This document shows positions 24,440-32,716 of a stretch of 61,090 bases of DNA, one piece after another (within the stretch, counting starts at the first letter, position 1; every line of letters begins with the position of its first letter). The position numbers and the translations under genes are program-made. The notes beneath the pieces were generated by a model, which saw only the letters and a list, made by a program, of their open reading frames with translations, did not search any database and was not told where the DNA came from. This DNA is from Flavobacteriales bacterium (lineage in GTDB: Bacteria; Bacteroidota; Bacteroidia; Flavobacteriales_F; PHOS-HE28): NCBI GenBank assembly GCA_020847755.1, contig JADLBK010000175.1, positions 1 through 61,090 of the forward strand, given 5' to 3'.

Positions 24440-25726
24440 TCAACGCGAAGAAACGACCCGTTCGGCCACGATGGACACCAGCAGGCAGGCCGCGGCGAAG
24501 AGCGCGAGCGGGATGAGGTACATGACGAGTTCGGCCAGGTCGCCCTGGCGCAGCATCACCACGTTGAAGGCTTCCATGCTCCAGTTCAGGGGCGAGATGC
24601 GGCCGATGACCTGCATGGGACCGGGCATGATGTAGAGCGGCACCCAGATGCCGCCGATGGCGCTCATGATCACCACGGCGGTGCTGCCGAGGATGGCCGA
24701 CTGCTGCTGGGTGCGGGAAAAGGAACCCACCAGCACCCCGAAGGAGGTGGCCGCCAGCCCGATGAAGAGGGCCGCCAGCACCAGCAGGAGGAGGTCCTCG
24801 GGGGGACCGAAGCGCAGGGGCGGCAGGCCGAAGAGCGGCAGCACCCAATGGCCCACGCTGAGGAGGATGGCCAGCTGGGTGAGGCAGACCATCAGGTAGG
24901 CCGTGATGCGGCCGATGAGCCGCTCGGCCACCGTGCCGGGCATGGTGAGCAGGCGCACCATGCAGCCCGCGGTCCTCTCCTTCACCATGTTGCCGGCCAG
25001 CAGCACCACGGTGAAGAACATGGCGAAGATGGTCCAGGCCGGCACGTTGTGGGCGGTGGTGTCGCTGGCCACCTTGCTGCCGGTGAGCTCGCGGGCGGCC
25101 AGTTGCTGGTCGATGCCCACGAAGGGACCGCCCAAGGCGATCGGTGGAAGAGTGTCCCCGTTGATGGCCTCCAGGCGCACGCGCATATCGGCGAGCAGGC
25201 GCTCGGAGCTGATCCCGGCCAGCACGCGCACCAGGCTGCTGCGCACCAGTTCGCGGAAGACATGCTTCACCGCGGGGTCCACCACCATCAGCACGGCGGC
25301 GCTGTCGGCCGCCGGGATGGCCGTGCGGTCGCCGGTGAGCGGGTCGAAGAGCAGGGCCATGGTGCCTTCGGAGCGGGCGGCGACGGCCTCGGTGGCGTTG
25401 GCGGGCACCACCACGCCGATCTGGTGCTCGCCGCGGCGCACGCGCTCGCGGAACTCCACCTCGTCCAGCGCCTGCCCGCTGGTGATGGTGAAGCTGCCCG
25501 TGGCCTCCAGTCCGCGCTGCACGGCCTCCCCCACCGGACCGCCGTCCAGGTCCTTGAAGAGCACGCGCACCTGCTTGTCGCTGAAGTCGCGGAAGGGGGC
25601 ATCCTGCACCACGGCCATCACGCTCACCAGGAAGATGGGCATCACGTACACCAGCAGCAGGCCCGTGCGGTCGCGCAGGAGCAACAGCAGCTCCTTGTGC
25701 ACGTGGGCGAGGATGCGGGTGAACAT
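24440..25726 (-). CDS. ABC-2 type transporter permease
   Basis: It starts MFTRILAHVHKELLLLLRDRTGLLLVYVMPIFLV. It has a large periplasmic loop followed by 5 C-terminal TM helices, and it lies directly downstream of the ATPase gene. Confidence 0.85.
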   Translation of the reverse strand: MFTRILAHVHKELLLLLRDRTGLLLVYVMPIFLVSVMAVVQDAPFRDFSDKQVRVLFKDLDGGPVGEAVQRGLEATGSFTITSGQALDEVEFRERVRRGEHQIGVVVPANATEAVAARSEGTMALLFDPLTGDRTAIPAADSAAVLMVVDPAVKHVFRELVRSSLVRVLAGISSERLLADMRVRLEAINGDTLPPIALGGPFVGIDQQLAARELTGSKVASDTTAHNVPAWTIFAMFFTVVLLAGNMVKERTAGCMVRLLTMPGTVAERLIGRITAYLMVCLTQLAILLSVGHWVLPLFGLPPLRFGPPEDLLLLVLAALFIGLAATSFGVLVGSFSRTQQQSAILGSTAVVIMSAIGGIWVPLYIMPGPMQVIGRISPLNWSMEAFNVVMLRQGDLAELVMYLIPLALFAAACLLVSIVAERVVSSR

Positions 25727-25730
25727 GGGG

Positions 25731-26468
25731 TCAGTCGCGCAGTTGGCGTCCGGTGAGGCGGAGGAAGGCGTCCTCCAGGCGTTCGTGCCCGCCGCCGCGG
25801 GTGGTGGACAGCTCGCCCACACTGCGTCCGTCGTCCATCACCACCACGCGGGTGCAGAGGCGCTCGGCCTCCTCCAGGTGGTGGCTGGTGTACAGCACGG
25901 TGGTGCCACCGGCGTTCACCTCGTGGAGCAGGTCCCAGATGGCGGCGCGGCTTTGGATGTCGATGCCCACGGTGGGCTCGTCGAGGAAGAGGATCGGCGG
26001 CGCGTGGAGCAGGGCCACCACGATGTTGAGGCGGCGGCGCATGCCGCCGCTCCAGTGCCGCACCTGCTCGTCGGCACGGTCCTGGAGCCCGGTGCGCACC
26101 AGCAGCGCCTCGGCGCGTTCGCCGAGCATCGCGGTGGACAGACCGTGCAGTCGGCCGAAGTAGCGCAGGTTCTCGCGGGCGGTGAGGGTGTCGTACAGGG
26201 CGATCTCCTGGGGCACGAAGCCGATGAGGCGATGGACGCGGCCGGGCTCCTTCACCACATCGAGGCCGCGCACCAGCACCCGGCCCTCGCTGGGGGCCAG
26301 CACGCCGGTAAGGATGCTGATCATGGTGGTCTTGCCGGCACCGTTGGGGCCGAGCAGACCGAAGAACTCACCGGGCATCACCTGCAGGTCCATGCCGTTC
26401 AGGGCGGGACGGCCTCCGTTGCGATAGCGCTTCACCAGGCCCTCCACCCGGATGTCCGGGGCGATCAT
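25731..26468 (-). CDS. ABC transporter ATP-binding protein
   Basis: Walker A is GPNGAGKTT, the signature is WSGGMRRRL, and Walker B is ILFLDEPT. The start at ATG 26468 overlaps the upstream gene (ATGA). Confidence 0.95.
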   Translation of the reverse strand: MIAPDIRVEGLVKRYRNGGRPALNGMDLQVMPGEFFGLLGPNGAGKTTMISILTGVLAPSEGRVLVRGLDVVKEPGRVHRLIGFVPQEIALYDTLTARENLRYFGRLHGLSTAMLGERAEALLVRTGLQDRADEQVRHWSGGMRRRLNIVVALLHAPPILFLDEPTVGIDIQSRAAIWDLLHEVNAGGTTVLYTSHHLEEAERLCTRVVVMDDGRSVGELSTTRGGGHERLEDAFLRLTGRQLRD

Positions 26469-27487
26469 AGCTGCTTGGCGCACTGGTGGAGCTGCTTGAA
26501 GAAGGCGGTCTCCTGGCGCCCGATGTCGGCCAGCTTGTCGGCCAGATGGTCGTAGGTGATGTGGGCCTCGGCGCGGCCCTTGCACAGACGGCCGGCCTGG
26601 TAGGCGAGATCGCGCCACTGGTCGCCGATGCGGCTCATCTCCAGGGCCATGTCCTTGAGGGCCGGGGCGTTCAGCAGCTTGGCACCTTCCATGAGGAAGG
26701 CGGCGAAGATGAAGCGGAAACCGGCGCCGCCGGTGCCGATCTCCTCCTGCATGCGGATCAGGTTGCCCAGCGCGAGCCGCGCATCCTTCTCGCCCAGGCG
26801 GCGCTCGTAGTGGCGCAGCCTGCCGGCCAGGTAGGCGATGCCCTTGCTGCCGAACATGGGCAGCGGGGTGGTGCTCATGTCGCGCGCGGTGCGGCGCAGG
26901 CCCCTGAGGGCGGCCGTGCGCAGGTCGGCATCGGCGGGCACCTGGGTGGGGTAGTACATCCGGCCCTTGATGTTGGGCATGCCCTTGGCGAAGCGGGCCC
27001 GGATCAGCGCGGAACGATGGATGCGCGTCGGGCCGTCCATCACGGGATCGCTCACGAGGTACTCGTCCCCCTCCTTCCCGAACACCACGATGTTGTGGCC
27101 ATTGAAGTGGAAGCGGAACGCCTTCGGCAGGTAGGGCAGGTAGAACACGCTGGTGAGCAGGCCCACGGGCAGGCCCTGGGCCAGCACCCGGTCCAATTCA
27201 TCCATCGCCTCGCGCGGATCGCGGAAAGTGACCCGCCGGATGCTGATGCCGAGCCGCTTGGTGAACCGGCTGAAGATCCAGCCCGGCAGGATGCGGTAGC
27301 TGGTCACCGGGATGCCGTTCATCTTCAGGAAGGGCATGTGGCTGAAGAACAGGCCGGAGCCGATGCCGAAGGCCATCGGTTCGCTCACGGGCAGGCCGTG
27401 GAAGCGCATCAGGTTGCTGATGACGCCCGTCTCGCAATGGGCGCTCTGCTGGTGGTCGAAGGGGATCACCCGGGCAGGCTGGCTCAT
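26465..27487 (-). CDS. BtrH-N-like / DUF4872 domain protein (papain-like fold)
   Basis: ..FDHQQSAHCETGVISNLMRFHGL.....AFGIGSGLFF.. is the BtrH N-terminal peptidase-like signature. The 340-aa length is typical. Confidence 0.7.
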   Translation of the reverse strand: MSQPARVIPFDHQQSAHCETGVISNLMRFHGLPVSEPMAFGIGSGLFFSHMPFLKMNGIPVTSYRILPGWIFSRFTKRLGISIRRVTFRDPREAMDELDRVLAQGLPVGLLTSVFYLPYLPKAFRFHFNGHNIVVFGKEGDEYLVSDPVMDGPTRIHRSALIRARFAKGMPNIKGRMYYPTQVPADADLRTAALRGLRRTARDMSTTPLPMFGSKGIAYLAGRLRHYERRLGEKDARLALGNLIRMQEEIGTGGAGFRFIFAAFLMEGAKLLNAPALKDMALEMSRIGDQWRDLAYQAGRLCKGRAEAHITYDHLADKLADIGRQETAFFKQLHQCAKQL

Positions 27488-27885
27488 CGGGGCACCTGCT
27501 TCAGCTCGTCCACCGACACCAGCAACACCTCCGCGTAACGGCCCAGCAGGGCCTGGTCGAGCTCCGCGAAGCCGGCGGGCTCCAGATGGCGCTTCACCTT
27601 GCGGGCCGGCAGGTCCATGTGCTGGGCCAGCAGGGCGGCGTCCATCATGTTCTTCTCCATGTGATAGGCCAGGGGGCTCAGATCACCCTTCAACACCTGC
27701 TGCCGGGCCGCCTCCACGCGCTCATGGATCACGTCCCAGGCCTGGCTCAGGGCCACGTTCTCCGGCTCCCAACCCACACTGGGCACCTTCTCGAACTCGC
27801 CGTTCTCGTTCAGGGCGTACTTCACCACCTTGAACTTGCCCTCCAGCATGTTGGCGTCGTCCTGGGGTACTTCCTCCTTCTTCAT
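27484..27885 (-). CDS. hypothetical protein (conserved partner in this operon)
   Basis: The 133-aa product starts MKKEEVPQDDANMLEGKFKVVKYALNENGEF.. It is translationally coupled (4-nt overlap) to the BtrH-like gene. Confidence 0.6.
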   Translation of the reverse strand: MKKEEVPQDDANMLEGKFKVVKYALNENGEFEKVPSVGWEPENVALSQAWDVIHERVEAARQQVLKGDLSPLAYHMEKNMMDAALLAQHMDLPARKVKRHLEPAGFAELDQALLGRYAEVLLVSVDELKQVPR

Positions 27886-27973
27886 GTGGATGGCTTCACC
27901 GGAGCGCGGTGGCCGCCGCCGTCCGGGGAAAGGAGCACAAAGATAGCCAGACGACCAGGAAGGTCGCCGCGAC

Positions 27974-29104
27974 CTACACGGCGGTGAGCAGGGCGAAGGC
28001 GTAGCTGAAGCGCGCGCTCTCGGGCACCATCAGCAGCACCTTCTGGCCCTTCTTCACATGGCCCTCGGCGATGAGGTCGCGGAGCTGGAGGAAGATGGAG
28101 GCGGAACCCACGTTGCCCACCCGGGGCAGGTTGATGAACCACTTGTCCATGGGCACGCCGATGCCCTGGGCCACCATCTCATCGTGCACCTTGTCGCGGA
28201 AGAACATGCTGCTGAGGTGCACCAGCATGTGGTCGATGGAGGCGGGATCGAGCCCGTGGCGCTCGAAGGTCTCGCGCAGGAAGCGCACGCCCACCGGAAC
28301 GATGTTGCGGCCCAGCAGCTTCACGTCCTGCTTCATGGTGAAGATGGAGCGTCCGGCGAGGTCCTGCGGCAGGAAGTGCTTCCAGCCGTGGTATCGGCCG
28401 TCCACATCCTTGTCGCCGCCGCTGTACATGCACACGTCGAGCTCGTGGGCGAAGGAGCGGCTCACCACCCACTCCATGCGCAGGCTCAGCGGACCGCGGG
28501 GTGCGGGCTCCATCAGCACGGCGGCGGCGCCGTCGCTCAGCATCCAGCGCAGGAACTCCTTCTCGAAGCCGATGATGGGGTCCTGCTCCAACTCGCGATA
28601 CCGCTCGGTCTCGCGCTCGAAATTGCGGGCCAGCATCATGGGGCTCACCAGCTCGCTGCCTGCGGCCACGGCATTGCGGGAAAGGCCCGCGCCCACGCTC
28701 ATGTAGCCGTACTTCAGGGCATGCATGCCGGTGCAGCAGGCACCGGCCGTGCTCACGATCTCCAGGGGATGGTCCAGCTCGCCATGCACCTGCGAGGCGT
28801 GCGAGGGCAGGAACTGGTCGGGGCTGCTGGTGCCGCAGGCCAGCACCTCCAGGTCGCGCACGGCCAGACCGTCCCCGGCCAGGCCCTTCACCGCCTCGGC
28901 CACCAGCTGGGCGTTGCTGTGCGTGATGCGCCCCTGGCGGTCCAGCGCGTAGTGGCGTTGCACGATGCCGTTGTTGCGGAGCACGATGTACTGGGCACGC
29001 GACGGCTTCCCGTCGATCATGCCCAGAAAGTCCGTCATCTCCGCATTGGAGACCGGAGCGTTCGGCAGGAACCCGGATACCCGGGTGATGTAGACGTCGT
29101 GCAA
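27974..29104 (-). CDS. darB: 3-oxoacyl-ACP synthase III-like ketosynthase, DarB-type (dialkylresorcinol biosynthesis)
   Basis: It has a KAS III fold with active-site Cys (STAGACCTGMHAL) and C-terminal ..NVGSASIFL.. It is adjacent to darA. The start is uncertain: TTG 29104 (LHDVYITRVSGFLPN) is preferred over ATG 29176. Confidence 0.8.
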   Translation of the reverse strand: MHDVYITRVSGFLPNAPVSNAEMTDFLGMIDGKPSRAQYIVLRNNGIVQRHYALDRQGRITHSNAQLVAEAVKGLAGDGLAVRDLEVLACGTSSPDQFLPSHASQVHGELDHPLEIVSTAGACCTGMHALKYGYMSVGAGLSRNAVAAGSELVSPMMLARNFERETERYRELEQDPIIGFEKEFLRWMLSDGAAAVLMEPAPRGPLSLRMEWVVSRSFAHELDVCMYSGGDKDVDGRYHGWKHFLPQDLAGRSIFTMKQDVKLLGRNIVPVGVRFLRETFERHGLDPASIDHMLVHLSSMFFRDKVHDEMVAQGIGVPMDKWFINLPRVGNVGSASIFLQLRDLIAEGHVKKGQKVLLMVPESARFSYAFALLTAV

Positions 29105-29202
29105 GGCCTTGGCGTTCTTCCCCCCCTTCGTGCGGACCGGCAAAAGTAACCGCTGGCCGCACCGGCCCAAAAACAAGCGACAAGGGCCTGTTGTTCAGGG
29201 GC

Positions 29203-30108
29203 TCAATACGTGGACAGCCGCTCCACCTCGGCACGAAGCTGACGCCGCTTCACCAGGGAGAGCAGGGATGTGGTGAGCGTGGTGAGGGGCCCCAGGATGA
29301 AGACCCCGATGGTGAGCACGGAGCTGAACACCTTCACGCGGCGCAGGCGACTGGCCGGGTCGCGGTGCACCTTGGCCAGGATGAAGCGGCGGTACTTGCC
29401 GAAGAGGAAGGTGGCCCGCTTCTCCAACATCAGCAGGCTGGGCACGATGCGGATGGAACCCTCGCGGCGCAACGCGGCGTTCAGCCCGCCGAGGTCGCCG
29501 GAGGACAGGTGCTTCACCAGCACGCGGCCGAACCGGGCGGAGGCGTCCATGTCCTCCGCGCGGATGCCGGCCGCGGGGAAGACCAGGAAGGGGTCGCGGC
29601 GCCCCCAGAACATCCAGCGGATGATGGTGATGACACTGACCAGGTTGGGGCTTCGGTCCACTACGGTGATGTGGCCCACCAACCGGCCGCGCAACCCGGC
29701 CACGGCGCTGCGCATGTGTTCCTGGGCCAGCACCCACATGTTGCGCGCGCCCACCACCGTCAGCACCGGCCGGTCCGCCAGATAGCGGGCGGCGTCGGGG
29801 TGCTTCAGGAAGCTGGTCATGGGGATGCTCGGGTTGAGGAACCAGATGGTGTAGCCCAGGATGACCAGGTCGTACGGCCCTTCCGGCGGCACGGTGAGCG
29901 GTTCCAGCGGCACGGGGTCGTGGCCCACCGCCTCGGGGAAGCAGTTGAAGAAGCTGAGGCGCGTCCACGGGAAGGGATAGGGTGTGGCGGGCCGCAGGGG
30001 CAGGTGGTCCACCGCCATGCCCGCGGCCTGCAAGGGCGCCACGATGCGGTCGAGCAGCGCGGAGAGCTGCCCGGTCTGGGAGTAGTGGATGACGAGGACG
30101 CGCTTCAT
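29203..30108 (-). CDS. darA: dialkylresorcinol condensing enzyme DarA
   Basis: MKRVLVIHYSQTGQLSALL.. is a flavodoxin-like N-terminus. The ~300-aa length, C-terminal TM segment and pairing with a KAS III-like gene match my recollection of DarA-annotated proteins. Confidence 0.75.
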   Translation of the reverse strand: MKRVLVIHYSQTGQLSALLDRIVAPLQAAGMAVDHLPLRPATPYPFPWTRLSFFNCFPEAVGHDPVPLEPLTVPPEGPYDLVILGYTIWFLNPSIPMTSFLKHPDAARYLADRPVLTVVGARNMWVLAQEHMRSAVAGLRGRLVGHITVVDRSPNLVSVITIIRWMFWGRRDPFLVFPAAGIRAEDMDASARFGRVLVKHLSSGDLGGLNAALRREGSIRIVPSLLMLEKRATFLFGKYRRFILAKVHRDPASRLRRVKVFSSVLTIGVFILGPLTTLTTSLLSLVKRRQLRAEVERLSTY

Positions 30109-30866
30109 GACCCGGAAGAACGGAAGTACTGGGCCAATTTGCGCAACGGTTTGCGGATGGCGAGCAGCGGTGGCGGGTTGAAGCCGTTCCGGCGCCAGGC
30201 CTCCACCACTTCGCGGTTGGCCTTCCAGACGTGCGCCAGGCTCTTGTTGCTGGCCCCGCCCAGCCGGAAGCGCACGATGGTGAGCGGCACGTAACGCGCC
30301 CGCAGCCGGTGCTTGTACAGGAAGCGGAACATCAGCTCGTAATCGGCCGCGATGCGGAAGCGCAGGTCGAAACCGCCGAAGCGTTGGTAGGCCTCGCGCC
30401 GGATGTAGGTGCCCAGGTGGGGCGGCATCCAGCCGCTGCGGAAGCTGTCGCGGTGGTAGGCGCCGCCCTTCCAGAATCGCCGGACCTTCCGGATGTCGTC
30501 GGGGTCCACCATGTGGGCATCGCCGTAGATCACCTCGGGGTCGCCCTGGGTGAACGCGGCCGCGAGCTTTGCGATCACGTCGGGCGCCTCGAGCAGGTCG
30601 CCGGCGTTCACGAAGCCGATCACGTCACCCGTGGCGCGGGCCAAGCCCTTGTTCATGGCGTCGTATACGCCCTTGTCCGGCTCACTGATGAGGATGCAGC
30701 GACCGTCGTCGATGCGCCGGAGCACCGCTTGTGTGGCCTCGTCGGGAGAGGCGCCGTCCACGATGATGTGCTCGATGTGCGGATGGGTCTGGGCGCGCAC
30801 GCTGGCCACGGTCTCGGCGAGCTCCTCGCCGGCCTTGTAGCACACGGTGATCAGCGAGAACCTCAT
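30105..30866 (-). CDS. family 2 glycosyltransferase
   Basis: MRFSLITVCYKAGEELAETVASVRAQTHPHIEHIIVDGASPD....DKGVYDAMNKG.......FVNAGD shows GT-A motifs. It has 4-nt overlaps with both neighbours. Confidence 0.85.
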   Translation of the reverse strand: MRFSLITVCYKAGEELAETVASVRAQTHPHIEHIIVDGASPDEATQAVLRRIDDGRCILISEPDKGVYDAMNKGLARATGDVIGFVNAGDLLEAPDVIAKLAAAFTQGDPEVIYGDAHMVDPDDIRKVRRFWKGGAYHRDSFRSGWMPPHLGTYIRREAYQRFGGFDLRFRIAADYELMFRFLYKHRLRARYVPLTIVRFRLGGASNKSLAHVWKANREVVEAWRRNGFNPPPLLAIRKPLRKLAQYFRSSGS

Positions 30867-31423
30867 TCGATCACGCGCTCGCGGACGGGCTGCGCCGGAT
30901 TCCCCTGGTGGATCATGTACGCCTCCAGGTCCTTCGTGGCCACGCTGCCCGCGGCGAGCACACTGTGGCTCTTCAGGGTGACGCCGAGCATCACCATGGC
31001 CCCGGCCCCCACCCAGCTGCCTTCCTCCAGCATCACCGGACCGCTCATGGTGGGGTAGTCGACCTTCTTGTAGTTGTGGCTGCCCTGGATGATCATGGCG
31101 CCCTGGCTGATCACCACATGGTCGCGGATGACGAGCTGATCGATGTTGTCGAGCCAGGCGCGCTGGCCGATCCACACGTGGTCACCAATGGTGAGCTTCC
31201 AGGGGTACTTGATGTTCACCCCGGGATGGATCACCACCCCCTTCCCCACCCGCGCGCCGAACAGGCGGAGCAGCGCAGGCTTCACGGACCGGAAGGGGAA
31301 CAGGGGGTTCAGGAAGAAGAGCGCGTTGGTGAAGTACCACAGCGTCATCTTCACCGCGCCCGCCCCCTTGGGGAAGTCGGCGTTGGTGAAGCGGCTCAGG
31401 TCGACGCGCTTGCGTTCGGTCAT
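30863..31423 (-). CDS. hexapeptide-repeat O-acetyltransferase (WcaF-like)
   Basis: ..FGARVGKGVVIHPGVNIKYPWKLTIGDHVWIGQRAWL....LVIRDHVVISQGA.....VMLEEGSWVGAGAMVMLGVTL is a left-handed beta-helix repeat. Confidence 0.85.
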   Translation of the reverse strand: MTERKRVDLSRFTNADFPKGAGAVKMTLWYFTNALFFLNPLFPFRSVKPALLRLFGARVGKGVVIHPGVNIKYPWKLTIGDHVWIGQRAWLDNIDQLVIRDHVVISQGAMIIQGSHNYKKVDYPTMSGPVMLEEGSWVGAGAMVMLGVTLKSHSVLAAGSVATKDLEAYMIHQGNPAQPVRERVIE

Positions 31424-32559
31424 GGCACCAGGAGCTCCAGCGTGCGTTCCACCGGCGCCGGATCGTCCAAATATCGCTTGCCCAGTGCGAAAGCGCCGCG
31501 CGACACGACCTCGAGGTCGGACCCGTCATAGGCCACCAGGTCGTTCAGTTGCTCCCAGAAGCAGGACGGCTCCTCCAGCGGCAGGTCCCAGCCGGCGTTC
31601 TGGCGCTCGAGCTCCTTCCACGGGGTGCGGTCGCTGATCAGCAAGGGAAGCCCGGCCGCGAGGGCCTCCACCATGGTGTGTCCGAAGTTCTCGCCCTGGC
31701 TGGGCATGAACAGCGCGTGGTAGTGCGCGAAAAGGCCGGGCACCTCCTCAGGCGCGGCCGTGCCCTTGTGCGTCACCGTGATCCCGGGTGGCAGCTGGGC
31801 GATGGCCTCCCGGCACTTCGCCCAGTACGCCTCGTCGTAGATGGGCCCGTACAGGTCGAAGGTCACCGCGCCCTTCACGTGCTTCAGGCATTCGATGGCG
31901 AAGAGCGTGTTCTTCTCCACGGCGATGCGGGCCACGCTCACGAGCCGCAGCTCACCGGGTCGCTTCTCGCGCGTCGGAGGTTCCGCGGTCCGCACGCGAC
32001 GGCCCAGGTTCGGCACCAGCTTCACCTCCGCCTCCGCACCGATCCAGCGCTTCACGTCCTCCACCTCCTCGGCGCTGGTGGCTTGGAACACGACGTCGTT
32101 GTAGCAGCCCAGCATCCGCATCGCGGCCAGGAAGACACGCTTCTTCAGCACGCCATGCTTCATCATGCCAGCGGCGAGCATACCGCGCACGGCCACCACC
32201 CGGCGTTGGGAGGAGCCCTTCAGTAACCACAGCGGCATCACACTGAACCACCTGGAGTACATGCCGTTGATGTACACCGTCTCCCAAGTGCCCTCGGCCA
32301 GAAGCGCGCGCCACACGGCCGTGTTCACCCCGGTGTGCGAGGCGTACCAGACCTTCTCGCCGCCGGGCATCACGGTCCAGCGATCGGGCGTGATACCAGC
32401 GTAGGGCGCACGCTCCGTGTAATCGGTATCGGTGGTCACGATGTGCAGGTCGACCTTGTCGCGCAGGTGGTCCACCAGGTTGGCCATGCTTCGCACGGGT
32501 CCGCCCGCCTTGTAACCGGGCAGGTACCAGTCGATGAACACGAGGACCCTAGAGCGCAT
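31420..32559 (-). CDS. family 4 (GT-B) glycosyltransferase
   Basis: The C-terminal motif is ..ALFMPSQGENFGHTMVEALAAGLPLLISD. Its start codon lies inside the left terminal inverted repeat of the element at 32548-32716. Confidence 0.85.
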   Translation of the reverse strand: MRSRVLVFIDWYLPGYKAGGPVRSMANLVDHLRDKVDLHIVTTDTDYTERAPYAGITPDRWTVMPGGEKVWYASHTGVNTAVWRALLAEGTWETVYINGMYSRWFSVMPLWLLKGSSQRRVVAVRGMLAAGMMKHGVLKKRVFLAAMRMLGCYNDVVFQATSAEEVEDVKRWIGAEAEVKLVPNLGRRVRTAEPPTREKRPGELRLVSVARIAVEKNTLFAIECLKHVKGAVTFDLYGPIYDEAYWAKCREAIAQLPPGITVTHKGTAAPEEVPGLFAHYHALFMPSQGENFGHTMVEALAAGLPLLISDRTPWKELERQNAGWDLPLEEPSCFWEQLNDLVAYDGSDLEVVSRGAFALGKRYLDDPAPVERTLELLVP

Positions 32560-32716
32560 CTCAAAATGACTTTTGGAAGCGAGCGGCAGGTATTTCGGGG
32601 CCAGCCCAGGCGCGAGACACGAGCATAGCCGGTAGCTCTGTGAGGGGCGAGCAACGCCGGAAGGCCCCGAAAGGCCGCCGCGCAGCCCGAAGGGTTATTT
32701 TGAGATGCGCTCTAGG
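32548..32716. mobile_element. 169-bp MITE-like element: perfect 20-bp terminal inverted repeats flanking a 129-bp internally self-complementary core
   Basis: CCTAGAGCGCATCTCAAAAT (32548-32567) is the exact reverse complement of 32697-32716. The core has matching arms ..gcggcaggtatttcggggcc.. / ..ggccccgaaaggccgccgc.. Confidence 0.55.
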
